Positions 1-11,251 are shown, numbered from the stretch's first letter. The stretch: 32,000 nucleotides of DNA from Gemmata obscuriglobus (GCF_008065095.1 NZ_CP042911.1:510001-542000), one strand, 5' to 3'. Notes: generated from the letters alone by a model not told the origin. Numbers and translations: made by a program.

Positions 1-731
1 CGCGCGACGGGGTCGATCCGGACACGGTCATCATGTCGCCCGAGCAGGCCCGGCAGCGCGGCCTGACGAGCACGATCACGTTCCCGCTCGGGAACCTCGC
101 GCCGGACGGGTGCGTCATCAAGTCCACCGCCATCGACCCGTCGGTCGTGGATGCTGACGGCGTGTACCGCAAGGTCGGCCCGGCGAAGGTGTTCATCCGC
201 GAGAAAGACGCGATCAAGGCCATCAAGGGCGAGGGCGACCGCAAGGTGGTGCCCGGCGACGTGCTGGTGCTGTGCTGCCGCGGGCCGCTGGGCAGCGGGA
301 TGGAGGAGACGTATCAGGTCACGAGCGCGCTCAAATACCTGAAGTGGGGCAAGCAGGTCGCGGTCATCACCGACGCGCGGTTCAGCGGGGTCTCGACGGG
401 CGCGTGCATCGGGCACGTCTCCCCGGAGGCGCTCGCGGGCGGCCCCATCGGCAAGCTGCGCGACGGCGACCTGATCCAGATCGTGATCGACCGCAACAAG
501 CTTGAGGGAACGATCGATTTGGTCGGCAACGAGATCGGCAACTACGGGCCGCTGTGGGGCAGCGCGGAGCTGGCGGCGCGGTCCGCACGCCCGGACCTGG
601 AGCCGGACCCGGCGCTGCCCGCAGACACGAGACTGTGGGCCGCACTCCAGCACGCGAGCGGCGGGGTGTGGGGCGGGTGCGTGTACGACCCGGGGCTGAT
701 TGCCGTGAAGCTCGCTGGAGTAAAGGCGTGA
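1..731 (+). CDS. IlvD/Edd-family dehydratase, C-terminal ~240 aa (5' end lies outside the window)
   Basis: The frame is open from the window edge (codon phase from nt 3) to TGA 729-731. The translation '...[16 protein letters not shown]...[42 protein letters not shown]' matches the conserved C-terminal half of IlvD/Edd dehydratases. The tail '[21 protein letters not shown]' resembles sugar-acid dehydratase members, recalled from memory. High GC3. Confidence 0.85.
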   Translation, partial: RDGVDPDTVIMSPEQARQRGLTSTITFPLGNLAPDGCVIKSTAIDPSVVDADGVYRKVGPAKVFIREKDAIKAIKGEGDRKVVPGDVLVLCCRGPLGSGMEETYQVTSALKYLKWGKQVAVITDARFSGVSTGACIGHVSPEALAGGPIGKLRDGDLIQIVIDRNKLEGTIDLVGNEIGNYGPLWGSAELAARSARPDLEPDPALPADTRLWAALQHASGGVWGGCVYDPGLIAVKLAGVKA

Positions 732-739
732 CCGAGGAG

Positions 740-1393
740 ATGTGGCGGACGTGGGGGCACCGCACTCACATGCGCCGCCAGTTACGGAACTGGCGGTTCT
801 CTCCGCTCCGCTGGATCCGCTTCAACCTGGCGTGTATCGAGCGGGTCCGAGAGCTGATCGACGATGTGCGGTGCCACCGTTTCCTCCACCGGCTCGAACG
901 CCTGAGCGGCCGAACCGCCCTCGCGGCGCTGCGGCTCGAACCGTCCGTCGAAGAATTCGGCGTCACCGCAGCCATTGGCGAGTTGTGGCGCCGGCGTGAC
1001 GACCCACTCCGGGGAGCCAAAATCGCTGCGGCTCGGGCCGTCTTGACCGCCAAGCTCCACACACTCGCGACCTCCGAAATGGTTGCCCTCGCGGTCGGTC
1101 GCTGGCGCTACGGCGAGTACGAAGAACGGCGCTCGCATTGCGCATTCCTGCGCGACATTTACGGCAATCCGTTCCGGCCGGTCACCTTCTCCACCGAGTG
1201 GCGCACCGGCACCACAACTGCGATCGCGCGCCAGATGTACGAGTCGCGCGACTTCGGCGCGATGCCGATTCTCGCCGACGCCATTCAAGACGCCGGGTGC
1301 GACTCCGACGACATCCTGGCCCACTGTCGTGACCCGCAGCAGGTCCACGTGCGCGGGTGCTGGGTTGTTGATCTCGTGCTCGGCAAGGAGTGA
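740..1393 (+). CDS. Hypothetical protein of a paralogous family with the C-terminal motif 'GNPFRPV...ILADAxQDAGC...HCR...HVRGCWVVDLVLGKE'
   Basis: ATG 740 sits 9 nt after the upstream stop and is preceded by GAGGAG. The 554 start in the ORF track would overlap the dehydratase gene in an Arg/Gly-rich frame. GC3-rich. The C-terminal Cys/His-rich module recurs as a decayed copy at 30457-30582. Function unknown. Confidence 0.75.
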   Translation: MWRTWGHRTHMRRQLRNWRFSPLRWIRFNLACIERVRELIDDVRCHRFLHRLERLSGRTALAALRLEPSVEEFGVTAAIGELWRRRDDPLRGAKIAAARAVLTAKLHTLATSEMVALAVGRWRYGEYEERRSHCAFLRDIYGNPFRPVTFSTEWRTGTTTAIARQMYESRDFGAMPILADAIQDAGCDSDDILAHCRDPQQVHVRGCWVVDLVLGKE

Positions 1394-1422
1394 AGGTACA
1401 CTGACGGTGAGGAGGAATTCGC

Positions 1423-2019
1423 ATGACCGCCATGCCGCCACCGGCCCCGTCGCGCCGGCCGTTTCGGTTCACCCGCGAACAGTACCTCGAACTGGGGCAG
1501 CTTGGTTATTTCGACGGAAAGCGTGTGGAACTCCTGTGCGGGGAGATCGTCGAGATGAGCCCGATAAACTGGCCGCACGCACTGTGCGTGAACCTCGTAG
1601 TTGCGGCCCTGAATCGGGCATTCCCACTTGGTTTTTGGGTCGCTTCGCAACAGCCGATTGCGATTCCCGGCACAAAACCCGCTTCACAGCCCCAACCTGA
1701 TGCAATGGTCATCGCGGGCTCTCCGCGCGACTACACCGACCACCCCACCACCGCGGCACTACTCGTTGAGGTCTCCGACACGACGCTGTCCGAAGACCTG
1801 AGTACCAAAGCCGAGTTGTACGCGACCGCTAACGTGCCCGAGTACTGGGTGCTCGACATCCCGAACCGCCAGTTGCACGTCTACCGCGATCCGCAGCCGC
1901 TCCCGACCGGTCTGGGCGCCACGGCGTACCGCGCGCACCTGGTCCTCGCGCCCGCCGACACCGTTCAGCCGCTGGCCGCGCCCCGTGCGGTCGTTCGCGT
2001 GAGCGATCTGTTCCAGTGA
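1423..2019 (+). CDS. Uma2-family (DUF820) putative restriction-endonuclease-like protein
   Basis: GAGGAGGA RBS at 1409-1416. The translation has the Uma2 pattern: 'FTREQYLELGQLGYF...RVELLCGEIVEMSP', 'PDAMV', 'LLVEVSDTTLSEDLSTKAELYATANVPEYWVLDIPNRQLHVYRDP'. Confidence 0.85.
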   Translation: MTAMPPPAPSRRPFRFTREQYLELGQLGYFDGKRVELLCGEIVEMSPINWPHALCVNLVVAALNRAFPLGFWVASQQPIAIPGTKPASQPQPDAMVIAGSPRDYTDHPTTAALLVEVSDTTLSEDLSTKAELYATANVPEYWVLDIPNRQLHVYRDPQPLPTGLGATAYRAHLVLAPADTVQPLAAPRAVVRVSDLFQ

Positions 2020-2262
2020 CAGAACTGGAGCCGCCCAGCCGGCACATCAATCATGGCACGAATAAAGGTCGCAGTCGCGCGCAAAACAAGACAAGATAAT
2101 CCACATATTTCGACCTCATCACGAAGATCTGCCGCGGCCTAAACCCTTGTCAGTAAACAGACTAATTCCGGCCCGGCCGTTTTAATTTGGTTTCTGCCCT
2201 CTCGTTCCGGCTGGTAGAATTCCCGCGACGCGGTTCTCTCCGTACGCTCGCAGGTTCTCACC

Positions 2263-4971
<2,709 letters not shown>

Positions 4972-5068
4972 GTCGGGGGGGCGATTGAAGAGTAACGGCT
5001 TTCTGTAGCCGGCCTCTGTCAACAACTTGAAACTACCGGATTCGGTATGAGTCGGAGGGGCGATTGAG

Positions 5069-5362
5069 ATGAGTTTCGCCGAGCGCGAGCGGGACCGCGG
5101 CGGGACAGGCACGTTCGCCGACCGGGTGCGCCGGGAGCGGTCCGGGAACCTGTTTCTGGTGCGCGGGAAGGACTCGACCGGGCGCGACGCGTGGTACTTC
5201 CTGCTCGTCGACCCCGGCAAACGGGCAGCGTTCCGCAAGGCGTCCGGCGGCGAACTCCAGCTCAACGCCTACGGGCGCATCATTGCCTCGGGGTACGGGG
5301 TGAGCCCGCCCGCGGCGGTGCGCGAGCGGATGCGGACCGAGTACGGGTTCACCGGCGAGTAG
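5069..5362 (+). CDS. Small hypothetical protein (97 aa)
   Basis: ATG is preceded by GGAGGGG at 5054-5060. Third-position GC bias is strong and the amino-acid composition is balanced. I recognise no domain. The 3' end overlaps the convergent gene by 14 nt. Confidence 0.55.
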   Translation: MSFAERERDRGGTGTFADRVRRERSGNLFLVRGKDSTGRDAWYFLLVDPGKRAAFRKASGGELQLNAYGRIIASGYGVSPPAAVRERMRTEYGFTGE

Positions 5363-7265
5363 CGGCCCAAGGCACGCTCACCGGTTCCGGCCCGCCTCCC
5401 GATTCCATCAGGTGCGCCCGCGTCAGCGCCAGCCCCAGCAGAAACGTCCCCAGCCCCGCGAACGCCGGCAGCAGGTGCATGCCGTCCGTGTACCCGACCG
5501 CGACGTGAACCGCAATCGCCGGCGCGTACCCCAGCACCCCGGCCGGTAGCAGCGTCCACCACAGCCAGCCGTTCCCCGCCCGGTGCCCCCACAGCGCGGT
5601 CAGCAGCAGCACCAGCCCGGCCGACACCAGCATCCCGCCGAACGTGGCCCGGTCGTGCGCCACCAGCGGTACCAGCCGCGGGTGCGCCGCGCGCAGTTGC
5701 TCCGCGGTCGTTTCCAGAAACTCCAGGTCCTCGGGGACGAACACCGCCGTCACCCCGACGAGTGAAATCACCGCCCCCGCGACCAGCACCGCGCCGGCGT
5801 GCGCCACCAGCAACAGTTGCCCCCACTGCGCCCGCCGCCACGCCCGGTCGGTGCGCGGCGGGGGCGGGCCGGTCGGCGTGTACGGCCCCAGCTCCGAGTG
5901 CATTCCGAGCAGCAGGAGCTGGAGCAGGCACGCCGTGACGAACGCGTGCAACGGTTCGAGGTACCCGAACCCGAGGAACAGAAAGAAGCTCGCGAACCCG
6001 GCGGACGCGGACGCAAACACCGCAACCATCGCCCAGTGAACGCCCCGGCGGATGCCCCCGAGTGAGAGCCCGAGGTACACGGTTCCCACGGTCAGCATGG
6101 GGCCGGCGAGCGACACCCGGTCGTGGGCCATGAACGCGAGGAGCCGCGGGTTCACGGTGTGGAGCTGGTCCCGCGACAGTCCCAGAAACGCCTCGTCGTA
6201 CGGCAGCACCACCCGCGTGGCCGCGATGCCCACGGCGAGCGCGCCGCCGAACAGCATTCCGAAGCCCAAAAGGGCCGTCCAGAACCACGTCATCGCGGCC
6301 GGCCGTGGCGCCGCGCCCGGCGGCTCCCGCTGAGCGGACAGGTTGCGGTACAGCACCGCGTCGTTCGTTCGCTTCACCAGCCCCGGGCCGTTGAAGACCA
6401 GCCCGCTGTCGACTTCCACGAGGTCGGCCCCGGCGTCGAGCAGCGCGAGGGCGTGCTCCGGCTCGTGAACCCCGCCCCCCACGACGAGCGGCACCGCCGG
6501 ACCGAGGGACGCACGGAGCGCCCGCACCAGCGCCAGCGCCGGCTCCCGCGCCGGTGCGCCGATCTCGGTTCCGCCGCCCTCCCGCGCGACCGCACCGTCG
6601 ATCAGAACGCCGCCCGCACCAGCAGCCAGCCCGGCCGCAAGGGCCTCCATATCCGCTGTCGGCGAGTCGGCGCGAACGGTCAGCAGGATCGGAACCCCTT
6701 CCGCGGCCGGGAGCCACTCGGACATCGCCACAGCCGCGGCGGCCGGCACTGCAATCGCGGCCACGAAGCGACGCGTCTCCGTGAGCAAATGGCGGTACTC
6801 TTCCGCCGTCTCCCCGGACACACGTACCGCCACCGGCACCCCGAGCCGGGACAGTTCGGCCAACACCGCCCCGGCCGCCTTCAATCCGAGCGGCGGGGCC
6901 GCGTCCGGAAAGCCGATAGCCTCGCGCGCGTCGTCGCGCTCCACGCTCGGGCGTGTCGGCGGATTCTGTAACCCGACCGGCCCGACGCTGATGAACCCGA
7001 TGCCGAACCGGGCGAACGCCGGCAGCGCCACCCCCTCCGGATCGAGTCCCGGCCCCAGCCCGATCGGGGACGCGAAGTCGCGCCCGAGGAGCCGCACCGT
7101 GAGCCGCGGGTCCGCGCGCATGTGCCCGAGCAGGTCGATCGCCAGCGGGCCGAGCGGCAGCCGCGCGAGCCGCCCCATGAACCCGAGCGCGACGGCCCGG
7201 GCGGTTCGCGCGCCGAGGCGGTACAACAGCGGCCGCGAAACGGTGCGGTAGAACCAGTCTGGCAT
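5349..7265 (-). CDS. Dihydroorotate-dehydrogenase-like (PyrD class 2-like) domain fused to a C-terminal polytopic membrane domain
   Basis: Start taken at ATG 7265 ('MPDWFYRTVSRPLLYRL...', PyrD-like N-terminus) rather than 7355. PyrD-like motifs are 'FASPIGLGPGLD', 'PLVVGGGV' and 'VEVDSGLVFNGPGLV'. The last ~300 aa are strongly hydrophobic and internally duplicated. Confidence 0.8.
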   Translation of the reverse strand: MPDWFYRTVSRPLLYRLGARTARAVALGFMGRLARLPLGPLAIDLLGHMRADPRLTVRLLGRDFASPIGLGPGLDPEGVALPAFARFGIGFISVGPVGLQNPPTRPSVERDDAREAIGFPDAAPPLGLKAAGAVLAELSRLGVPVAVRVSGETAEEYRHLLTETRRFVAAIAVPAAAAVAMSEWLPAAEGVPILLTVRADSPTADMEALAAGLAAGAGGVLIDGAVAREGGGTEIGAPAREPALALVRALRASLGPAVPLVVGGGVHEPEHALALLDAGADLVEVDSGLVFNGPGLVKRTNDAVLYRNLSAQREPPGAAPRPAAMTWFWTALLGFGMLFGGALAVGIAATRVVLPYDEAFLGLSRDQLHTVNPRLLAFMAHDRVSLAGPMLTVGTVYLGLSLGGIRRGVHWAMVAVFASASAGFASFFLFLGFGYLEPLHAFVTACLLQLLLLGMHSELGPYTPTGPPPPRTDRAWRRAQWGQLLLVAHAGAVLVAGAVISLVGVTAVFVPEDLEFLETTAEQLRAAHPRLVPLVAHDRATFGGMLVSAGLVLLLTALWGHRAGNGWLWWTLLPAGVLGYAPAIAVHVAVGYTDGMHLLPAFAGLGTFLLGLALTRAHLMESGGGPEPVSVPWAATRR

Positions 7266-7448
7266 GGCGACCCGGGGCACGTAAGGGAGTCCGGGGCCGG
7301 CGCGGCGCCGGCCGCCCTCCGTCTTATAACCGTCACTGGAGCGATCCCGCAACACTCCTCACGGTACCCGGAAAACACCTGAACTCGCGCCGCGCGGGTG
7401 GTATCATCGGGGCCGTCGCCCGCCCACACGCTGCCAGGAGCCGTACCC

Positions 7449-8183
7449 GTGCGCTGCGCCCGCCTCTCCGTTGCCCTCCTGCTCGTACTCGTCGGTGCCG
7501 TGTCGGGTCAGGACAAGAAAGACCCGCCCAAGAAGGAAGCCAAGAAAGAAGCCCCGGTCGTGAAGCCCCGCGAGGGCAAGAGTGAGACCGTCAAGCTGTT
7601 CGACGGCAAGACCCTCGCCGGCTGGGAGGGGTACTCCGATCTGTGGTCCGTGAACGACGGCGTCATCGTCGCGAAGAACACCGCGCCGCTGAAGTTCAGC
7701 ACGTACCTGCTCACGAAAGACACGTACTCCGACTTCCGTCTCACGTTCGCCTCGAAGCTGGTCACGTCGGAAATGCACTCGGGCGTGTGCTTTTGGGGCG
7801 TCGTGAAGCCCGACGTGAGCAAGGACCCGGAAAAAGACCGCACGAAGCACACCTACGCGGGGCATTTGGTCATGTTCCCGTCGGGGTACGGTCTGTACGA
7901 CCTGTTCGGTCGCAACGGCCTTGGTGTTGACGGCGCTCCCGCGAAGAAGGTCGGGAAGCAGCACGACTGGAACGAGATCGAGGTGCTGGCGCAGGGGAAC
8001 CGCATCCGGGTGGCGATCAACGGCGCCGCGGTGGTGGACTGGCGCGACCCGCAGCCCGAGCGCATCAAGGCCGGCCCGATCGGGTTACAGTTGCACTCCA
8101 ACACGGTGCCGCAGGAGGTCCAGTTCAAGGGGCTGGTGCTCGAAACCTTCCCGAAGGAGGATAAGTTGCTCACCGTGAAGTGA
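7449..8183 (+). CDS. Secreted DUF1080 (3-keto-disaccharide hydrolase-like) domain protein
   Basis: GTG 7449 lies 8 nt after AGGAG (7436-7440) and gives a classical signal peptide 'RCARLSVALLLVLVGAVSG'. An alternative GTG is at 7398. DUF1080 pattern: 'LFDGKTLAGWEGY...W.V.DGVI', 'DFRLTF', 'NEIEVLAQGNRIRVAINGAAVVDW', 'GPIGLQLH'. Confidence 0.88.
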   Translation: MRCARLSVALLLVLVGAVSGQDKKDPPKKEAKKEAPVVKPREGKSETVKLFDGKTLAGWEGYSDLWSVNDGVIVAKNTAPLKFSTYLLTKDTYSDFRLTFASKLVTSEMHSGVCFWGVVKPDVSKDPEKDRTKHTYAGHLVMFPSGYGLYDLFGRNGLGVDGAPAKKVGKQHDWNEIEVLAQGNRIRVAINGAAVVDWRDPQPERIKAGPIGLQLHSNTVPQEVQFKGLVLETFPKEDKLLTVK

Positions 8184-8348
8184 GGCGCGCCCGGAACGCC
8201 CGCGCCCGCAGAACGGCCGGCCCCGGAACTCGCTTCCGAACGCTCTCGGTTCGGTTTCCGCTCCTGCGCGAAGCAAATCTTCGCGCGGACGGCTCGATAG
8301 TGGGTTAACCCGGCGGCCGCGCCGCGAGGCGGGTGGAGGCTCTCCCCA

Positions 8349-9365
8349 ATGTCCTCATCGAAACTCACGAGCTGGATCACCCGTTCGGCCACCAGCCGGG
8401 CCGTTCCCCACACAACCACAGATCACGACCAGGCGCTCGAAGCGATCCTCAGCCCCGCCCAGCTCCCACAGGCCCCGGCCGTCGCGGTGCGGGTGGTCGA
8501 GGCCGCAACTCATGACGACTGCTTGCCCCGCGAGATCGGCGCGATGATCGCGAACGAGCCGGGGTTCGCGGCGTCGCTCCTGCACAGCGTGAACACCGCC
8601 CGCGAGGCGGCCAGCCGCCCGGTCAACTCGGTGGACCGCGCGGTCCTGCTCGTCGGGCTGAACAAGGTGCGGGCGATGGCCCTTGGGCTGTCGCTCCCCG
8701 CGCTGCGCCCGCAGGCGCGGTACGACCGGGGCGCGATGGAGCACTCGCTCGCGTCCATCAGCGGCGCCATCATCGCCCGCGAACTGGCCGCCCGGCGGGG
8801 GGACGCGGACCCCGAGGAGGAACTCAACGCCGCGCTGCTCCGCGACATCGGGGTGCTGCTGATCCAGCAAACGTACCCCACCGCGTGGGCGGGACACATC
8901 GCCCGCGGCGGCGACCCGCTGCTGGCCGAGGCGTGCCAGCGCGAGCGCGAGGCGTTCGGCATCGATCACGCGGAGGTGAGCGCGGAGGTCCTCAAGCGCT
9001 GGGGGCTGCCGGACGAGATCTACGAACCGATCCGGCACCACCACCACCCCGAGCGGCTCGCGGGCACCCGGTACGCGCAGCGCGCGGAGCTGCTGTGGTT
9101 CGCCGGCCTGCTCACCCGCCTCGAGGCGGTTGTTGAACACCCCGAGGCGCTCGACCTGATCCTGTCGGTCGCGGGCCGGCGGTTCGGGTTCAGCGTCGGC
9201 TCGCTGGCCGAGTTCCTGGACACGGTGCGGCCGCAGATCCGCGACTTCGCGGACGTGCTGAACCGCGAGATCGGGCGGTGCCCCGATTACGCCTCGCTGC
9301 TGACGCACGCGGCGGCGGAATTGTCACGCGCATCGCCCGGTCGTGCCGCCCCCGTGGCCCGGTAA
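8349..9365 (+). CDS. HDOD domain-containing signalling protein
   Basis: HDOD-type pattern: 'LPQAPAVAVRVVEAA...IGAMIANEPGFAASLLHSVNT', 'AVLLVGLNKVRAMALGLS', 'LLRDIGVLLI', 'EREAFGIDHAEVSAEVLKRWGLPDEI..PIRHHH'. Confidence 0.85.
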   Translation: MSSSKLTSWITRSATSRAVPHTTTDHDQALEAILSPAQLPQAPAVAVRVVEAATHDDCLPREIGAMIANEPGFAASLLHSVNTAREAASRPVNSVDRAVLLVGLNKVRAMALGLSLPALRPQARYDRGAMEHSLASISGAIIARELAARRGDADPEEELNAALLRDIGVLLIQQTYPTAWAGHIARGGDPLLAEACQREREAFGIDHAEVSAEVLKRWGLPDEIYEPIRHHHHPERLAGTRYAQRAELLWFAGLLTRLEAVVEHPEALDLILSVAGRRFGFSVGSLAEFLDTVRPQIRDFADVLNREIGRCPDYASLLTHAAAELSRASPGRAAPVAR

Positions 9366-9437
9366 GACGGGAACTCTCGGCGCGCCCCGTTGGGAACGGC
9401 CGCTCGCGCCCGCAACCCCGCCCACGCGTCCCGAACC

Positions 9438-10427
9438 TCAATCCTGTACCCCCGACCGGGCGCCGGCCGGGAACAGCTCCTCGTCGTCGTCGGGAAGGCC
9501 CGGGAGCACTTTCCCGCCTGCCCCGACCGGCGCGGCGACCTTCGTCTTCACCGCGCTCGTCAGCGCCATCTTGCGACGGTCCTTGTCGTCGGCCAAACGC
9601 GCCTGGAGCGTTTTGGGAATCCCGCCCCACACGGTCGCCAGATCGGCCAGCGTCTTGGCCGCGTTCAACTGCCGACGGTGCTGGTCCTCGGGCGACACCG
9701 ACTCAACCGGCTCCGCGCTCAACCACCAGTCGAACAGCGGCTTCCAGAAGGTCGGCCCGGGGTGGTCGCAGGTCTTCCCGTCCATCGCGGTGCACCCGCG
9801 CACCTTTTCCACCCGGGCCGCGTGGTTCTCCACCTCCAGCCGGATCACGGCGTCGAACTCGTACTCGGTGTTCTCGCGCTGGTCGGTCTTCATGCCGACC
9901 TTCTTGATCTTGGTCTTGCCGGCGTCGTCGACGCGCTCGTACTCGCTCTTCACGCGCATGGTGACGATGGAGTGCGCGCGCGGGTCGGTGAGGGTGGTGA
10001 GCATCCGCCGCTGCTCGGGGGTGACCTGTGCCCAGCCGCCGAACTTGTCGCCCTTGTTGGCCCGGGCGTACCGGTCCACCTGCTCCATCGCCCCGTGCCA
10101 CGCGTGCGACAGCGAGTCGAAGATGACGATGTCGTAGCCGGCGCCGACCAGGTGCTCGTAGCACTCGGCGTACCCGCCCGGGTTCTGCTTGTCGTGCGGG
10201 ATTGGGCACACCTCGTACTCCCACTTCTCGCCGTCCATCGTCACGCCGTCGTACAGGCCCGCGGACTCGTTCTCCGAGTCGGCGATGACGATCCGCTTGC
10301 CGATGTTGGCGCGGCGCATCGCGAACGCGAGCCGCAGCGCGGAAAAGGTTTTCCCGGACCCGGACAGGCCCTCAAGGCTGATCTTCAACGGACGCCGCTG
10401 GCGCTTCGCCTTACGAACTTCGAACAT
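9438..10427 (-). CDS. RecA-fold P-loop ATPase, AAA_24/Sak4-like (phage-type), with a ~100-aa C-terminal extension
   Basis: Start taken at ATG 10427 ('MFEVRKAKRQRRPLKISLEGLSGSGKTFSAL', Walker A close to the N-terminus). Walker B-like 'YDIVIFDSLSHAW'. The 10691 start in the ORF track adds 88 low-quality residues. The family call is from memory of AAA_24 proteins. Confidence 0.78.
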   Translation of the reverse strand: MFEVRKAKRQRRPLKISLEGLSGSGKTFSALRLAFAMRRANIGKRIVIADSENESAGLYDGVTMDGEKWEYEVCPIPHDKQNPGGYAECYEHLVGAGYDIVIFDSLSHAWHGAMEQVDRYARANKGDKFGGWAQVTPEQRRMLTTLTDPRAHSIVTMRVKSEYERVDDAGKTKIKKVGMKTDQRENTEYEFDAVIRLEVENHAARVEKVRGCTAMDGKTCDHPGPTFWKPLFDWWLSAEPVESVSPEDQHRRQLNAAKTLADLATVWGGIPKTLQARLADDKDRRKMALTSAVKTKVAAPVGAGGKVLPGLPDDDEELFPAGARSGVQD

Positions 10428-10715
10428 GATACCCGGTCTCCCACGACGCACAGAAACGGAACGGTACAACGTTACGCCCCCATCGTTGCGGCCCGCGCGA
10501 TCGAGTTGAATGTTCGCAATTACAGTAGTGAACGCAAATTCAATTCGGTGCCCTGCACAACCGGTACGGCGTGCGAAACTGCCAGCGCCGTTAGCGCCGG
10601 AATTCGCGTCGTCGGTCTTCCCAGCCGGAGCGAAGGAAGCGCCCAATCGGGATGTCCTCGCGTGCGCCGCCCGCACTTCGAGACCGTTCACATTGCTTCC
10701 CAGGTGTGGCCTTCA

Positions 10716-10820
10716 GTGTGTTCCGCTCGCCCCGCGAGCGGTCGCTCCGCGCATTCAATTAACCACATCTAGCGCACCCGGCACGATATTGCGACCGCTC
10801 GCGGGGCGAGCGGAACACAC
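10716..10820. repeat. Perfect 30-bp inverted repeat (arms 10716-10745 and 10791-10820) around a 45-nt AT-richer spacer
   Basis: Arm 1 gtgtgttccgctcgccccgcgagcggtcgc is the exact reverse complement of arm 2 gcgaccgctcgcggggcgagcggaacacac. Each arm also contains its own sub-hairpin, ccgctcgc-ccc-gcgagcgg. Confidence 0.95.
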
Positions 10821-11030
10821 CAAAAAACGTAGGCCGCACACAATTGCCTCTTAACCATTTGATCTAGATGTTCGCCCATCTGATCCCGACATCGAGCCGG
10901 ATCGTTTTACCCGCCCGGCGAACGCGGCGCGCCTTTCCCCGGTGGCCCCGGCGACGGGCTTGCCATCAGGAATATGGGTGCCCGTTCGTGTGCGTGTCTG
11001 ATTCGCGTTCCGGTTGCTGAAGTCCGTTTT

Positions 11031-11118
11031 TGTCTGCTTCTTGTGGCACAGACATTCCTGTCTGTGCGGCGTGAGAAGGCTGCACAGACAGGAATGTCTG
11101 TGCCACAAGAAGCAGACA
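11031..11118. repeat. Perfect 37-bp inverted repeat (arms 11031-11067 and 11082-11118) with a 14-nt loop; REP/MITE-like
   Basis: Arm 1 is tgtctgcttcttgtggcacagacattcctgtctgtgc and arm 2 is its exact reverse complement. Each arm carries a nested palindrome, gcacagaca-NNNN-tgtctgtgc. It lies in the divergent intergenic region between the ATPase and oxidoreductase genes. Confidence 0.95.
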
Positions 11119-11251
11119 CAATTAAACAGATTGGAAATGAGACGCACACGGCACAGGCACGAGCACGGGAACGAGTTCGCAACGGTTGTGCCCCGTTCGC
11201 GCCCGGGCTATGATCTTTCCCGTTCCCTTCCCACCCCCGAAAGGCCCTTCC

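Noticed and set aside
554-739. N-terminal extension of ORF 554-1393, and similar extensions at 7355, 10691, 11186, 14782, 14811, 19428, 22266 and 25236
   Set aside because: These extensions overlap upstream genes or consist of Arg/Gly-rich sequence ahead of an internal ATG/GTG. The internal start has an RBS and/or produces a proper signal peptide or a conserved N-terminus.
5269-6717. 482-aa minus-strand ORF in an alternative frame of the PyrD-like gene
   Set aside because: It is an overlapping frame with poly-Arg/Gly/Ala composition. The 5349-7265 frame has the PyrD motifs and hydrophobic helices.
9390-10772. 460-aa plus-strand ORF opposite the AAA_24-like ATPase
   Set aside because: It has shadow-ORF composition (R/G/H/P-rich). 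The minus-strand frame carries Walker A and B motifs.
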